From a virus, in IMG/VR virus record IMGVR_UViG_3300032285_004073, positions 1-64,000 of that record: a stretch of DNA of 64,000 bases. The stretch is one strand, 5' to 3'. The notes below the pieces were generated by a model that was given only the letters and a program-made list of their open reading frames with translations, was not told where the DNA came from and did no database searches. Below are positions 64,000 to 64,000 of this stretch, piece by piece (positions within the stretch are counted from its first letter, which is position 1; every line of letters starts with the position of its first letter). The position numbers and the translations under genes were made by a program.

Positions 64000-64000
64000 G

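Noticed and set aside
1-64000. Stop-codon reassignment as seen in some jumbo phages
   Set aside because: Genes tile densely under the standard code, core enzymes are full length, TAA, TAG and TGA all end genes, and no suppressor tRNA is present.

Overview
A 64-kb segment of an AT-rich, T4-like (myovirus-type, probably jumbo) bacteriophage genome using the standard genetic code. (1) About 1-24 kb is an accessory region: a tmRNA, 9 tRNAs, several phosphoesterases, a free-standing LAGLIDADG endonuclease, a lysis cassette (candidate unimolecular spanin, holin, GH24-like endolysin) and metabolic genes (cysC, glf, GT31-like glycosyltransferase, purA, hpt, dCMP deaminase, hsp20). (2) About 24-34 kb holds nrdAB, an AAA ATPase, a PD-(D/E)XK nuclease, a neck protein and phoH. 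(3) About 34-54 kb is the tail/baseplate/terminase module. (4) About 54-64 kb is the replication module (clamp, gp32, helicase, UvsX, ThyX) with folE2 and queD interleaved, which points to 7-deazaguanine chemistry. The spanin-like lipoprotein implies a diderm host (inference). The most unusual signals I read directly: a ~25-bp interrupted inverted repeat that would pair the 5' end of the hsp20 mRNA with the sequence just after its stop; a tmRNA with a 34-residue amphipathic tag and a duplicated 3' end; a tRNA-Ser with the rare ACU anticodon; an unannotated truncated paralog bracketing the homing endonuclease; a gp5 OB-fold split by a 3D-like muralytic domain; and a HAD nucleotidase inserted into a conserved phage protein. 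All protein calls come from motif recognition by eye; no database search or folding computation was run.
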